From Treponema sp. UBA1793 (GTDB taxonomy: Bacteria; Spirochaetota; Spirochaetia; Treponematales; Treponemataceae): a stretch of DNA of 64,000 nt. Positions 1 through 8,877 of the stretch are shown piece after piece. The stretch's first letter is position 1; every line of letters begins with the position of its first letter. The stretch lies in the NCBI GenBank assembly GCA_002314445.1, contig DCFX01000097.1:39566-103565 (forward strand). The letters are read 5' to 3'. The notes below the pieces were generated by a model. It had not been told where the DNA came from and did not search any database. It saw nothing but the letters and a program-made list of their open reading frames with translations. Position numbers and translations under genes: made by a program.

Positions 1-350
1 GCGGAGGGATGCAGCAGCGTGTCGGTATTGCACGTGCTCTTGCAATTGATCCGAGAATTCTGCTTATGGATGAACCTTTTTCCGCCCTTGATGAATTTAC
101 TAAGGAAAAACTTCACGAAGACCTTCTGCGCATCTGGCGGCAGACGAATAAGACTGTTATTTTCGTTACGCATAACATTCAGGAGGCTGTATTCCTGAGC
201 GACAGAGTTGTTGTGTTTTCGCCTCATCCCGGACGCGTCACTTCTGTTGTGAATATTACGATTCCGCGGCCAAGAACGCTCAGCATGAAGAATACGGTAG
301 AATTTACAGAACTTGTCGCAAAAGTCCGCAACGGCTTTGTAGGAGTATGA
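1..350 (+). CDS. ABC transporter ATP-binding protein, NitT/TauT-type; 5' end lies outside the window
   Basis: Frame is open to base 1 (..[14 protein letters not shown] = ABC signature). Walker [13 protein letters not shown] and H-loop FVTHN are present. The stop overlaps the next ORF (ATGA at 347-350). Confidence 0.9.
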   Translation, partial: GGMQQRVGIARALAIDPRILLMDEPFSALDEFTKEKLHEDLLRIWRQTNKTVIFVTHNIQEAVFLSDRVVVFSPHPGRVTSVVNITIPRPRTLSMKNTVEFTELVAKVRNGFVGV

Positions 351-352
351 GT

Positions 353-1204
353 ATGACAAAAACAGCGGATAAAAAATCAATAGGGAAAAGAATCGCTGAA
401 AGTCCGCACACCGTTACGCTTGTCTGGCTGCTCGGCCTGATTATTATTTGGGAAGCGGGTGCAACGGTTGTGTCGTTTACGAAACGCACGCCGGAAAACG
501 TTCTGCCGCATTTGTATCAGATTCTTGCATCTGTGTTCAGTTTAAAAAAGGTGACTGCGACCCAGACTGCCGTTCAGGTAGTGCTCATTAACGCAGGCAT
601 TACGCTTGGCCGCGCGGTAATCGGTTTTGCAATCGGTGCTGCAGTCGGCTATATACTTGCGCTCTTTATGCGCCGGTTTATGGCGATTGAAAAGATTGTT
701 TTTCCGTACCTCATGCTTATACAGATGATTCCTATTCTGGGAATGGCACCGATCGTTCTTGCCATATCCCACGATATCGACAAGAGCCGGATTATTATTG
801 CGGCCATCCTTACGTTTTATCCTGTTGCGGTAAATACGCTTGCGGGGTTCAAAGCGGTCGAGGCGGAAAAATTTGAATTGTTTCATTCATATGCTGCAAC
901 TACTCCGCAGATTTACTGCAAAATGATGATTCCTGCAAGCATTCCGTATCTGTTTACGGGACTCAAGATTTCGGCGCCTATGGCAGTTACCGCTTCCATT
1001 CTTGTCGATACACTGCAGGGGGGCGGAGGGCTCGGCTGTATGCTTTCACAGTCGCTCAAACATGCAATGAGTATTTATGTCTTCTGGCAGATTGTATTTT
1101 TCAGCGCGTTTGTCGGTATTCTCAGTTACTATCTGATGGTACTGCTTGAGAAAGTCGTATCGCCCGGAAACAGACCTGCAAAAAAAGCGGGAGGCTCTAA
1201 ATGA
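353..1204 (+). CDS. ABC transporter permease (NitT/TauT family, BPD_transp_1 type)
   Basis: Multi-TM protein directly following the ATPase. AGGAG at 341-345 favours ATG 353 (ATG 347 is in frame as an alternative). Its stop overlaps the next start (ATGA at 1201-1204). Confidence 0.85.
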   Translation: MTKTADKKSIGKRIAESPHTVTLVWLLGLIIIWEAGATVVSFTKRTPENVLPHLYQILASVFSLKKVTATQTAVQVVLINAGITLGRAVIGFAIGAAVGYILALFMRRFMAIEKIVFPYLMLIQMIPILGMAPIVLAISHDIDKSRIIIAAILTFYPVAVNTLAGFKAVEAEKFELFHSYAATTPQIYCKMMIPASIPYLFTGLKISAPMAVTASILVDTLQGGGGLGCMLSQSLKHAMSIYVFWQIVFFSAFVGILSYYLMVLLEKVVSPGNRPAKKAGGSK

Positions 1205-2007
1205 AAAAAAATATTATTAAAAAAGGAATGGTAAGTACCATTGTATATCCCGTGGTATTCGGCATAATTCTTGTCGTTCTCTGGCAGACACAGATACTTC
1301 ATCACATACTCGGAACTGACACATTTACACTTCCTCTGCCTTCACGTATCAACAATATCATCGGAGATAACTTCAGCGTCATTATGAAAAACGTGTGGGC
1401 GACAGTGTTTGTTGCGCTTGCAGGGCTGCTCTTTGGCTCTCTGCTTGGTTTTATTCTTGCGATGATTGCGGCCATGTCTCCTCACTGGGGCGCCGGCGGA
1501 CTGTCGATTGCCACTGCATTTAACGCCATTCCGATTATTGCTATTGCACCGATTTTTACGAATCTTACGAAGGATTTCAGCTCCGACCCGAATATACGCA
1601 GTATGTTTGCCAAGACGCTCGTTGTCATGATTACGTGTACTGTCAGCATGGGAATAAACGCATACCGCGGGTTTATTGAGCTGAAACCGTTCAGTTTTGA
1701 TTTGATGAAGTCGTATGCGGCTGGCAGATGGACGATTTTCTTTAAGCTGCAGCTGCCTAACTGCGTGCCGTATATTTTTACGGCACTGCGGATAAGCGTA
1801 CCCGGCTGCGTTATCAGTGCAATGGTAAGCGAATATTTTGCGGAATATATCATCGGTGTCGGACGGCAGATACGTGAAAGCATCGTGCTCGCACAGTATT
1901 CGACGGCGTGGGCATACATTGTCGTCGCGTGTCTTATCGGAATTGTTATGTATGCAGTTTTATTAATTGTTGAGAATATTCTGCTTAGAGGCAGAACTAC
2001 AAAATAG
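1201..2007 (+). CDS. ABC transporter permease (second NitT/TauT-family subunit)
   Basis: 268-aa multi-TM protein, paralogous in layout to the preceding permease. GGGAGG lies 6 nt upstream and the gene is translationally coupled. Confidence 0.85.
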   Translation: MKKNIIKKGMVSTIVYPVVFGIILVVLWQTQILHHILGTDTFTLPLPSRINNIIGDNFSVIMKNVWATVFVALAGLLFGSLLGFILAMIAAMSPHWGAGGLSIATAFNAIPIIAIAPIFTNLTKDFSSDPNIRSMFAKTLVVMITCTVSMGINAYRGFIELKPFSFDLMKSYAAGRWTIFFKLQLPNCVPYIFTALRISVPGCVISAMVSEYFAEYIIGVGRQIRESIVLAQYSTAWAYIVVACLIGIVMYAVLLIVENILLRGRTTK

Positions 2008-2032
2008 TAATTTCTTTTCTGGAGGTAACATT

Positions 2033-3160
2033 ATGGAAAGAGAAAGTGATGTACGGAAAAAAGGTGTTGTCCTGGCTGCATGCATCATTGCTGCAGGTCT
2101 TGCGTTGAACGGATGCTCGAAAAAAACCGGAAGTTCCTCAGCAGCTTCTTCTGCTGCCGGCGGTCCGTATTTTGCAAAGGGAACATCGGCAGAGGTGATT
2201 GTTAAAACATGTGCTGCCGCCGGGAAAGTGGGAAACTGGGGTCTCGGAAATGAATATGAGATTCTCGCACTTCTTTCAAAATACGGTCAGGATCAGAAAT
2301 TCCTGAGTCAGGCATTCGATATGGACGGATTCGACGACGGGTCAATCTGGCTTGCTTCTGCAATGACATATAACGAACTCGGTCTTGTTAAAAACAGTTA
2401 TGAGGGCGGTTATAAATACGGCGATTCCGTCGGCACAATCGACATGAACGACGAAGGCGTTGCAATGCTTGAGGATAATGTTTTCTGCAACCGCGAATTT
2501 GCCAAATCGAATCCGAATACGGTAAAGGCTTTTCTTTCCGCTTCAATGAAAGGCTGGAAATATGCATGTGAAAATCCGCAGGAAGCAGCAGATATTGTTT
2601 ACAAATACGGCTCATCAGTTTCCAGCGGACACCAGTCTTACATGGCGGGCGAGGTAAAGAAACTTGTCGAAACCGATACCAAGGGAAATACCGTTACAAA
2701 CTACGGCAATATGGATATTGCTGCCATGCAGCAGACTCTTGACCTTGCAAAAAAATATATAAAACTCAGCGATTCTGCTGCCAGCCAGAAACTCTCATCG
2801 CTAACGCTCGACAATGTTATTGACGCTTCGTACCTTACCGACGCTGCAGCAGGTAAGATCGGCAAGCCGGAAAAAGCTTCGGTTGCGATTCAGCTCAAAT
2901 GGCTGCCGCAAGCGCAGTTTATGGGATACTATGTCGCACTCGACAAAGGATATTATAAAGATGCCGGACTTGACGTAAAGATCGTTCCGGGCGGAGGAGA
3001 TATTTCCGAAACAACAGCAGTCTATACCGGTCAGGTAGATTTTGGCGTTACATGGGTTTCCAACCTGATTGCAGCAAATGCCGGCGGAATGGATCTGGTC
3101 GAAGTAGCACAGGTATTCCAGCGCTCCGGCCTGGTACTTGTTTACAAGTATGCTAAATAA
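2033..3160 (+). CDS. ABC substrate-binding lipoprotein, NMT1/THI5-like domain with apparently permuted segment order
   Basis: GGAGG at 2021-2025 precedes ATG 2033. Signal peptide plus lipobox LALNGC. The mid/C-terminal NMT1 segments (GKVGNWGLGNEYEILALL, CNREFAKSNPNTVKAFLSASMKGWKYACENPQEAA) come before the canonical N-terminal segment (IQLKWLPQAQFMGYYVALDKGYYKDAGLDVKIVPGGG). Confidence 0.8.
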   Translation: MERESDVRKKGVVLAACIIAAGLALNGCSKKTGSSSAASSAAGGPYFAKGTSAEVIVKTCAAAGKVGNWGLGNEYEILALLSKYGQDQKFLSQAFDMDGFDDGSIWLASAMTYNELGLVKNSYEGGYKYGDSVGTIDMNDEGVAMLEDNVFCNREFAKSNPNTVKAFLSASMKGWKYACENPQEAADIVYKYGSSVSSGHQSYMAGEVKKLVETDTKGNTVTNYGNMDIAAMQQTLDLAKKYIKLSDSAASQKLSSLTLDNVIDASYLTDAAAGKIGKPEKASVAIQLKWLPQAQFMGYYVALDKGYYKDAGLDVKIVPGGGDISETTAVYTGQVDFGVTWVSNLIAANAGGMDLVEVAQVFQRSGLVLVYKYAK

Positions 3161-3186
3161 TAATTATTAACTATTCGAGGCAAAAC

Positions 3187-4557
3187 ATGGATCTGATTAT
3201 TAAAAACGGAACTGTTGTTACAGCCAAAGAAATGTTCAAGGCAGACGTAGGTGTTACTAACGGAAAAATTACTGACATCGGCTCTGACTTGAAGGACAGC
3301 AATGCAAAAGTTGTAGATGCAGAGGAAAAGTTTGTCCTTCCCGGCGCAATTGATGCGCATACGCATCTTGCCATGCCCTTCGGAGGAACGATTTCTGCAG
3401 ACGGATACGGTGCGGGAACACGTGCGGCCGTATGCGGCGGCGTAACAACCGTATTCGATTATCCTATGCAGCGAAAAGGGCACGGCATAGTCGAAACTGT
3501 TGAAACACGCCGTGCAATGGCCGAAAAAGAAGCCTGCTGCGATTTCGCGTTTCATTGCTGCATTACCGACCTTAACGGCGGTTCGCTGCTTGATGAATTT
3601 TCAAGTGCAGTGGATTACGGCATAACGAGCTTTAAATGTTTCTTCGTTTACAAAAAAGAAAATATGATGGTCGACGACGGTACGTTCGTGCGCATTCTCC
3701 TTAAAGCAAAAGAAGTTGGAGCTATAACGAATCTTCATGCTGAAAATCCCGACCTTATTGATCTGCGTGTTTCGCAGTATTTGAAAGAAGGGAAGACTTC
3801 TCCGTGGTATCACTATATGAGCAGACCCGAATTTGTCGCCGCCGAAGCTGATAAAAGAGCCGTACACTGGGCCGTCAATTCGGACGCACCTCTTTACATT
3901 GTGCATATGTCCGACAAAGAAGGACTTGAGGCTGCCGTAAAAGCAAAAATGGAAGGTGCAAAAATTTTCATAGAGACGTGTCCCCAATATCTTGAGTTTA
4001 CGTGCGATGTTTACAAGCGGCCCGACGGACGCAATTTTATCTGCTCACCGCCGATGAAAGGTCAGGAAAGCCTTGATGCGCTTTGGACGGCCGTCAAATC
4101 GGGCGCCATCGATACCGTCGCGACTGACCATTGTCCGTTCCAGCAGAAGGAAAAAGACTGGGGAATCAACGACTTTACAAAAGTGCCGAATGGGTGCGCA
4201 GGCGTGGAAAATCTGTATCCGTATATGCTGGGTGCAGCTACTGACGGAAAAATCAGCTACAGCCGCGCCGTTGAGCTGTGCTCAACAAATCCGGCGAGGA
4301 TTTTCGGCTGTACGGAAAAAGGTTCTCTTGCTGTCGGAAAAGACGCTGACGTTGTTATTTATGATCCGAAAAAGACATTCACTATTTCCGTAAAGAATAT
4401 GCATTCCGATTACGATCACACAATCTGGGAAGGAAAGACCGTACACGGTTATCCGGTTCAGACGTATGTACGAGGAAAACTTGTGTATGAGGACGGAAAA
4501 TATACCGGTACCCCGGGAGAAGGAAAATTTATAAAATGCGGAAAAGCTGCATTTTAA
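3187..4557 (+). CDS. Dihydropyrimidinase / D-hydantoinase (cyclic amidohydrolase)
   Basis: 456 aa with motifs GAIDAHTHL (HxH), TSFKCF (carboxylated Lys context), LHAEN, YIVHMS and ATDHCPF. Confidence 0.9.
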   Translation: MDLIIKNGTVVTAKEMFKADVGVTNGKITDIGSDLKDSNAKVVDAEEKFVLPGAIDAHTHLAMPFGGTISADGYGAGTRAAVCGGVTTVFDYPMQRKGHGIVETVETRRAMAEKEACCDFAFHCCITDLNGGSLLDEFSSAVDYGITSFKCFFVYKKENMMVDDGTFVRILLKAKEVGAITNLHAENPDLIDLRVSQYLKEGKTSPWYHYMSRPEFVAAEADKRAVHWAVNSDAPLYIVHMSDKEGLEAAVKAKMEGAKIFIETCPQYLEFTCDVYKRPDGRNFICSPPMKGQESLDALWTAVKSGAIDTVATDHCPFQQKEKDWGINDFTKVPNGCAGVENLYPYMLGAATDGKISYSRAVELCSTNPARIFGCTEKGSLAVGKDADVVIYDPKKTFTISVKNMHSDYDHTIWEGKTVHGYPVQTYVRGKLVYEDGKYTGTPGEGKFIKCGKAAF

Positions 4558-4598
4558 TAAATTGATTTTAAAAAGTAAGATCATTACGGAGGTATAAA

Positions 4599-6134
4599 AT
4601 GGTTGATAATAAGTATGCATCAGTTTTTATTCGAGAAGCAGTTTCCTCCTGTTTGTTATGTGAAAAAGAACCCTGTTCTTCTGCATGTAAAAAAAATATT
4701 GACTGTGCAAAGATTATTAAATCCCTCCGTTTTGACAATATATCCGGTGCACATGCACAGGCGGCAGATAATACTGCCTGTGCAGTGTGCACCTCTTTTG
4801 ACTGCATGAAATCATGTACAAAGGCAAAAATAAACGGCGCCGTTCCCATTCACGATATTATAGGCGTTATTAAGAACATGAACGGGGACGATTTATTATT
4901 AAAACACGGAACGGACGCCTTCCCTGATACTGTTTCACTCGCTGTCGATTTCTGCGGGGTCCGCTGCGAGAATCCTTTTTTCCTTTCGTCATCAGTTGTC
5001 GCCAGTGAATACGATATGATAGCAAAAGCGTTTGACGCCGGATGGGCTGGAGCCGCCTTTAAGACAATAGGTGCATTCGTTCCGGAAGAAGTGTCACCTC
5101 GTTTCAGTACAATACGCAAAGAATCGAACACATTCATCGGATTGAAAAATATTGAACAGATAAGCGATCATACGCTTGAAGAAAATCTTGCATGCATCCA
5201 AAGGCTTAAAAAAGAGTATCCGTCGAAAATAATAATTGCAAGCATTATGGGAAGCTCTGTTGATGAATGGGAACTGCTCGCCCGGAAAGTGGAAAATGCC
5301 GGTGCCGATATCATTGAATGCAATTTTTCATGTCCTCATATGGCTACATCAGGTCTTGGAAGCGATGTGGGGCAGTCACCGGAACTTGTTGCAGAATATA
5401 CGCGTGCGGTGAAAAAAAGCTCAAAACTTCCGGTTCTCGCAAAAATGACGCCGAATCTCGGGCATATTGAAATACCTGCGCTTGCAGCTGTGAAAGCAGG
5501 GGCGGACGGTATTGCCGCCATTAATACCATTAAATCGATTATGAACGTAGACCTTGGTTCGTTCATTTCAAGCCCCGACGTTTCCGGTTTTACGAGTGTC
5601 GGCGGCTATTCAGGAAAAGCTGTAAAACCCATAGCACTCAGATTTATAAACGATATAAAACAATGCAACGAATTAAGCGCAGTGCCTGTAAGCGGTATGG
5701 GCGGAATAGAAACATGGCAGGATGCTGCCGAATTTATGTCGCTCGGATGCGCAACAATTCAGGTAACAACGGCTGTTATGCAGTACGGATACGGAATTAT
5801 TTACGACATGATAGACGGCATGAAGCGCTATCTTGCGAAAAACAACTACACAAGCGTAACACAGATTATCGGCAAGGCTCTTCCGAAAATCGTTTCAGCG
5901 GATAAGCTTGACCGGCATACAACATGCTACCCGAAATTTTCGCACAATATGTGCGTCGGTTGCGGCAGATGCGTTGTATCATGTTCGGACGGCGGTCATC
6001 AGGCGCTTTCTATAAGTAACACCGATGAGTCGTATCCCGTGATGAATGCAGAAAAATGCGTTGGCTGTCATCTGTGCATACTTGTGTGTCCTGTCGGTGC
6101 TATTGCACCCGGTCCGCGCGCGAATCACAAATAG
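4599..6134 (+). CDS. preA: PreA-type dihydropyrimidine dehydrogenase (FMN barrel + C-terminal 2x[4Fe-4S]) with an N-terminal PreT-like Fe-S domain
   Basis: GGAGG lies upstream. The N-terminus CLLCEKEPCSSAC...CAVCTSFDCMKSCT resembles the PreT/GltD N-terminal domain. The core has FCGVRCENPFFLSSS, ECNFSCPHM, GYSGKAVKPIALRF and SGMGGIETWQDAAEF. The C-terminus has CVGCGRCVVSC and CVGCHLCILVCP. Confidence 0.9.
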   Translation: MVDNKYASVFIREAVSSCLLCEKEPCSSACKKNIDCAKIIKSLRFDNISGAHAQAADNTACAVCTSFDCMKSCTKAKINGAVPIHDIIGVIKNMNGDDLLLKHGTDAFPDTVSLAVDFCGVRCENPFFLSSSVVASEYDMIAKAFDAGWAGAAFKTIGAFVPEEVSPRFSTIRKESNTFIGLKNIEQISDHTLEENLACIQRLKKEYPSKIIIASIMGSSVDEWELLARKVENAGADIIECNFSCPHMATSGLGSDVGQSPELVAEYTRAVKKSSKLPVLAKMTPNLGHIEIPALAAVKAGADGIAAINTIKSIMNVDLGSFISSPDVSGFTSVGGYSGKAVKPIALRFINDIKQCNELSAVPVSGMGGIETWQDAAEFMSLGCATIQVTTAVMQYGYGIIYDMIDGMKRYLAKNNYTSVTQIIGKALPKIVSADKLDRHTTCYPKFSHNMCVGCGRCVVSCSDGGHQALSISNTDESYPVMNAEKCVGCHLCILVCPVGAIAPGPRANHK

Positions 6135-6197
6135 GAACAGATAAGAATGCCATCTTCTGATGACTGAATTAATAATTATTATTACCGGAGGCAAAGT

Positions 6198-7430
6198 ATG
6201 GTAACATGTAGTATGGAAAGGATGGAAGACAAAATAAGGACATTCAGCCGGTTCGGCGACACAGGCCACGGCGGAATTACGCGCTTCTCTCTCTCACCGG
6301 AAGCGATTGCGGCTCGTAATGAGATAAAACAGCGCATGGAATCAATCGGGCTTACGGTAAAAACAGACGACCTTGCGGATATGTACTGCACGCTTCCCGG
6401 CAGTGATCCGTCTGCCGGTGAAATCATGGCGGGCAGTCACTGCGATTCAGTCAGGCAGGGAGGAAATTATGACGGCATTTTAGGTGTCATGACGGCAATG
6501 GAAGCCGTGGAAACAATTGTTAAGGAAAAAATACCGCATAAACATCCGATAACGGTCGTTGTCTGGACGAATGAGGAAGGAGCCCGTTTTGAACCGGCAA
6601 TGATGTGTTCCGGCATTATATGCAATAAATTTGATAAAGCAAAAATGCTTGCATCCGAAGCAAAAGATAAACCGGGATATACTTTCGGGCAGGCGCTTGA
6701 AGAATCGGGATTTAAAGGCTCGGAATCAAACCGCATTGATCCGAAGAAGACAACCGGCCTTATTGAACTTCATATTGAGCAGGGACCTATCCTTGAGAAC
6801 GCAAAAAAAGATATCGGCGTTGTAGAAGGTGTGTGCGGCATGATTAATTATGAATTTACGTTCAAGGGACAGGCAGATCATGCAGGAACGTTCCCGATGA
6901 AACTCCGCAAAGACGCCCTGTTTTCCGCGGCGAAAGCACTGCTTTATCTGCATACGGAATTTGACAAACTTGATTCCAAACTTGTATACACGACCGGAAA
7001 AATCAGCTGCCATCCGAACATTCATACGATCATCCCTGATGAAGTAAAGTTTACCCTTGATGCCCGTCACCAGGATCCTGAAGTTATTAAGCAGTGCCTC
7101 GACATTATTAAAAAAATTCCGAAAGAAATTGAACGCTGCTCTGTAAGTTATGAAGAAGCATGGACCCGTAAAACGGTAAAATATTATCCGGACTATATTG
7201 ATGACGTCGAAAAAGCAGCGAAAGAACTTGGATACGGTTATATGCGCATGTATTCCGGCCCCGGGCACGACGCGCAGTATATGTGCGAAATAGTTCCCAC
7301 GACGATGATTTTCGTTCCAAGCATCGGCGGACACAGCCATTGTGAACTTGAGTTTACGCCGATTGAGAACTGCTGGAAGGGAGCAAACGTTCTGCTTCAT
7401 ACAATTCTGGAAATCGACAAAACTAAATGA
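6198..7430 (+). CDS. M20-family N-carbamoyl-amino-acid / beta-ureidopropionate amidohydrolase (AmaB/allantoate amidohydrolase family)
   Basis: 410 aa. GGAGG at 6187-6191. Motifs GGITRFS, GSHCDSVRQGGNYDGILGV, WTNEEGARF and a C-terminal HSHCE. Confidence 0.85.
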   Translation: MVTCSMERMEDKIRTFSRFGDTGHGGITRFSLSPEAIAARNEIKQRMESIGLTVKTDDLADMYCTLPGSDPSAGEIMAGSHCDSVRQGGNYDGILGVMTAMEAVETIVKEKIPHKHPITVVVWTNEEGARFEPAMMCSGIICNKFDKAKMLASEAKDKPGYTFGQALEESGFKGSESNRIDPKKTTGLIELHIEQGPILENAKKDIGVVEGVCGMINYEFTFKGQADHAGTFPMKLRKDALFSAAKALLYLHTEFDKLDSKLVYTTGKISCHPNIHTIIPDEVKFTLDARHQDPEVIKQCLDIIKKIPKEIERCSVSYEEAWTRKTVKYYPDYIDDVEKAAKELGYGYMRMYSGPGHDAQYMCEIVPTTMIFVPSIGGHSHCELEFTPIENCWKGANVLLHTILEIDKTK

Positions 7431-7452
7431 ACCGATTGCAATCGCTTTAGAG

Positions 7453-7489
7453 AGCAACATACCTCGCTCCGTTTGTGAGGTATGTTGCT
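7453..7489. terminator. Bidirectional hairpin between convergent genes
   Basis: A 13-bp perfect stem: AGCAACATACCTC (7453-7465) pairs with GAGGTATGTTGCT (7477-7489), with an 11-nt loop. Confidence 0.55.
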
Positions 7490-7515
7490 GATGATTTTAG
7501 CGTGGTTGCAGGTAC

Positions 7516-8706
7516 CTACAATTTCTTGTCCAGAAATTTTTTTATGTATAGTGCTGTTTGAATTAAACTCCGGGTGTCGCCGTCGGAAAGATCCGTTCCC
7601 AACGTTTCTTCAATTTTATGAATCCGGTAAACGACCGTGTTCCGGTGGCTTGCGTTTTCATCCGAAATCTTCTGGATGTTTCCTCCGTATTTTAAATAGA
7701 GTTCCAGCGTTTTCAGGTAGTCGGCACGTTTGTCTTCTGCAAACATATTCAGTTTTCCCAGAGTATTTTCGTACATTTGTTCCAGAACCTTTCTGTTTTT
7801 TACTTCAACTAAAATCTTAAAAAACCCCAGCGAATCGTATCTGCCAACCGAATTAACTGAATCAGTCAGTTCCATTGCATACAGTGCATGATTGTACATA
7901 TCCGGCAGCTCTTTCTGATTTTTGCAGCTGTCAGAAAGAGACGTTTTTTTCCCGTAAAAATATTTATCATTTGCGGCAATCCGGGCTATTTCATACGCTG
8001 ATTTTTCAAAATTTTCTTTTAAAACGTAAATTACTTTCTGGTTGTGTACGAAACCTGCATAACTGTTTACCGGCAGACCCAGTTTCGGATTAAAGGAGAA
8101 ATTGACATAGCGTTTTATCTGCTCAATGTCGTTATTAAAGCGTTTCATTTCAATTTCCAGCAGAACAACGGCAAACTCTTCTGCATTATGGAATGGAGTG
8201 TTCAAAATCTGATTCGGGTCAAGGTTTTCCGGAGTAAAAATTGCGGTATAGAAGAAATTTTCAACTGAAAAAGCGTTCTGCCGGTCTGTTGCCAGCATAT
8301 TGCCGACTTCCTGCATAACATCGATCGTATGTATTTCCCACGGCATGATAAAAAGCGGAAAGGAAAGTTCGTCGCATAAATCGATGATTTTTGAAGGAAC
8401 ATCATTGATATATTTTCCCGTGTTGATTATCAGCCCCGATGCGTTATGCGTTTGAAAATTGTCGATATAGGTTTTTAAGAACTGCGTGAGATTTTCCGAT
8501 TCATCGCCTTTGTTGTCCTGCTGCCGTTCAAAATTAACGCCAAGCGTAATGGCAAGTTCCCCTCCTCTGATATATTCTATCGTTGAAGGGTCTTCTGTGT
8601 AGTAAATCCAGCTTATTACTCTGATTAAACCTTTTTTTCCGGCAATGAGCGTGAGTTTGTATTTGTTTTTAATGATGTTGTAAACGGATTCTACTGAAAG
8701 AGACAT
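7516..8706 (-). CDS. PucR/CdaR-family transcriptional regulator
   Basis: 396 aa. N-terminal PucR-type sensor region and C-terminal HTH (NASHRNTVVYRIHKIEETLGTDL). Divergent from the aminotransferase gene. Confidence 0.8.
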   Translation of the reverse strand: MSLSVESVYNIIKNKYKLTLIAGKKGLIRVISWIYYTEDPSTIEYIRGGELAITLGVNFERQQDNKGDESENLTQFLKTYIDNFQTHNASGLIINTGKYINDVPSKIIDLCDELSFPLFIMPWEIHTIDVMQEVGNMLATDRQNAFSVENFFYTAIFTPENLDPNQILNTPFHNAEEFAVVLLEIEMKRFNNDIEQIKRYVNFSFNPKLGLPVNSYAGFVHNQKVIYVLKENFEKSAYEIARIAANDKYFYGKKTSLSDSCKNQKELPDMYNHALYAMELTDSVNSVGRYDSLGFFKILVEVKNRKVLEQMYENTLGKLNMFAEDKRADYLKTLELYLKYGGNIQKISDENASHRNTVVYRIHKIEETLGTDLSDGDTRSLIQTALYIKKFLDKKL

Positions 8707-8877
8707 TTTAACCTCTCTATTTTGGTCATTTTATACAAACAATTCTATAAATATTTGGTGAAAATAACAATGTACATGGTGACCGATTGCTGTAAACTTT
8801 CCGCAGTATACATGATTGATGGAAACGTATCTGCAAAAGGAACGGGCTCAATCATCAATACGGAGGCAAAGTACAAT

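Noticed and set aside
8745-8765. PucR-box-like sequence AAATATTTGGTGAAA in the pucR/aminotransferase divergent region
   Set aside because: It matches only about 11/13 positions of the B. subtilis PucR box (WWWCNTTGGTTAA) as I recall it, occurs once, and lies in an AT-rich region. It is too weak to call without comparative data.
8722-8877. Upstream extension of the aminotransferase ORF (52 extra codons)
   Set aside because: The extension has no homology-like features. GGAGG 10 nt before ATG 8878 and the typical family N-terminus support the shorter gene. Similar trimming was applied at 1967, 33239, 35124, 50803, 55548, 44450 and 60978.
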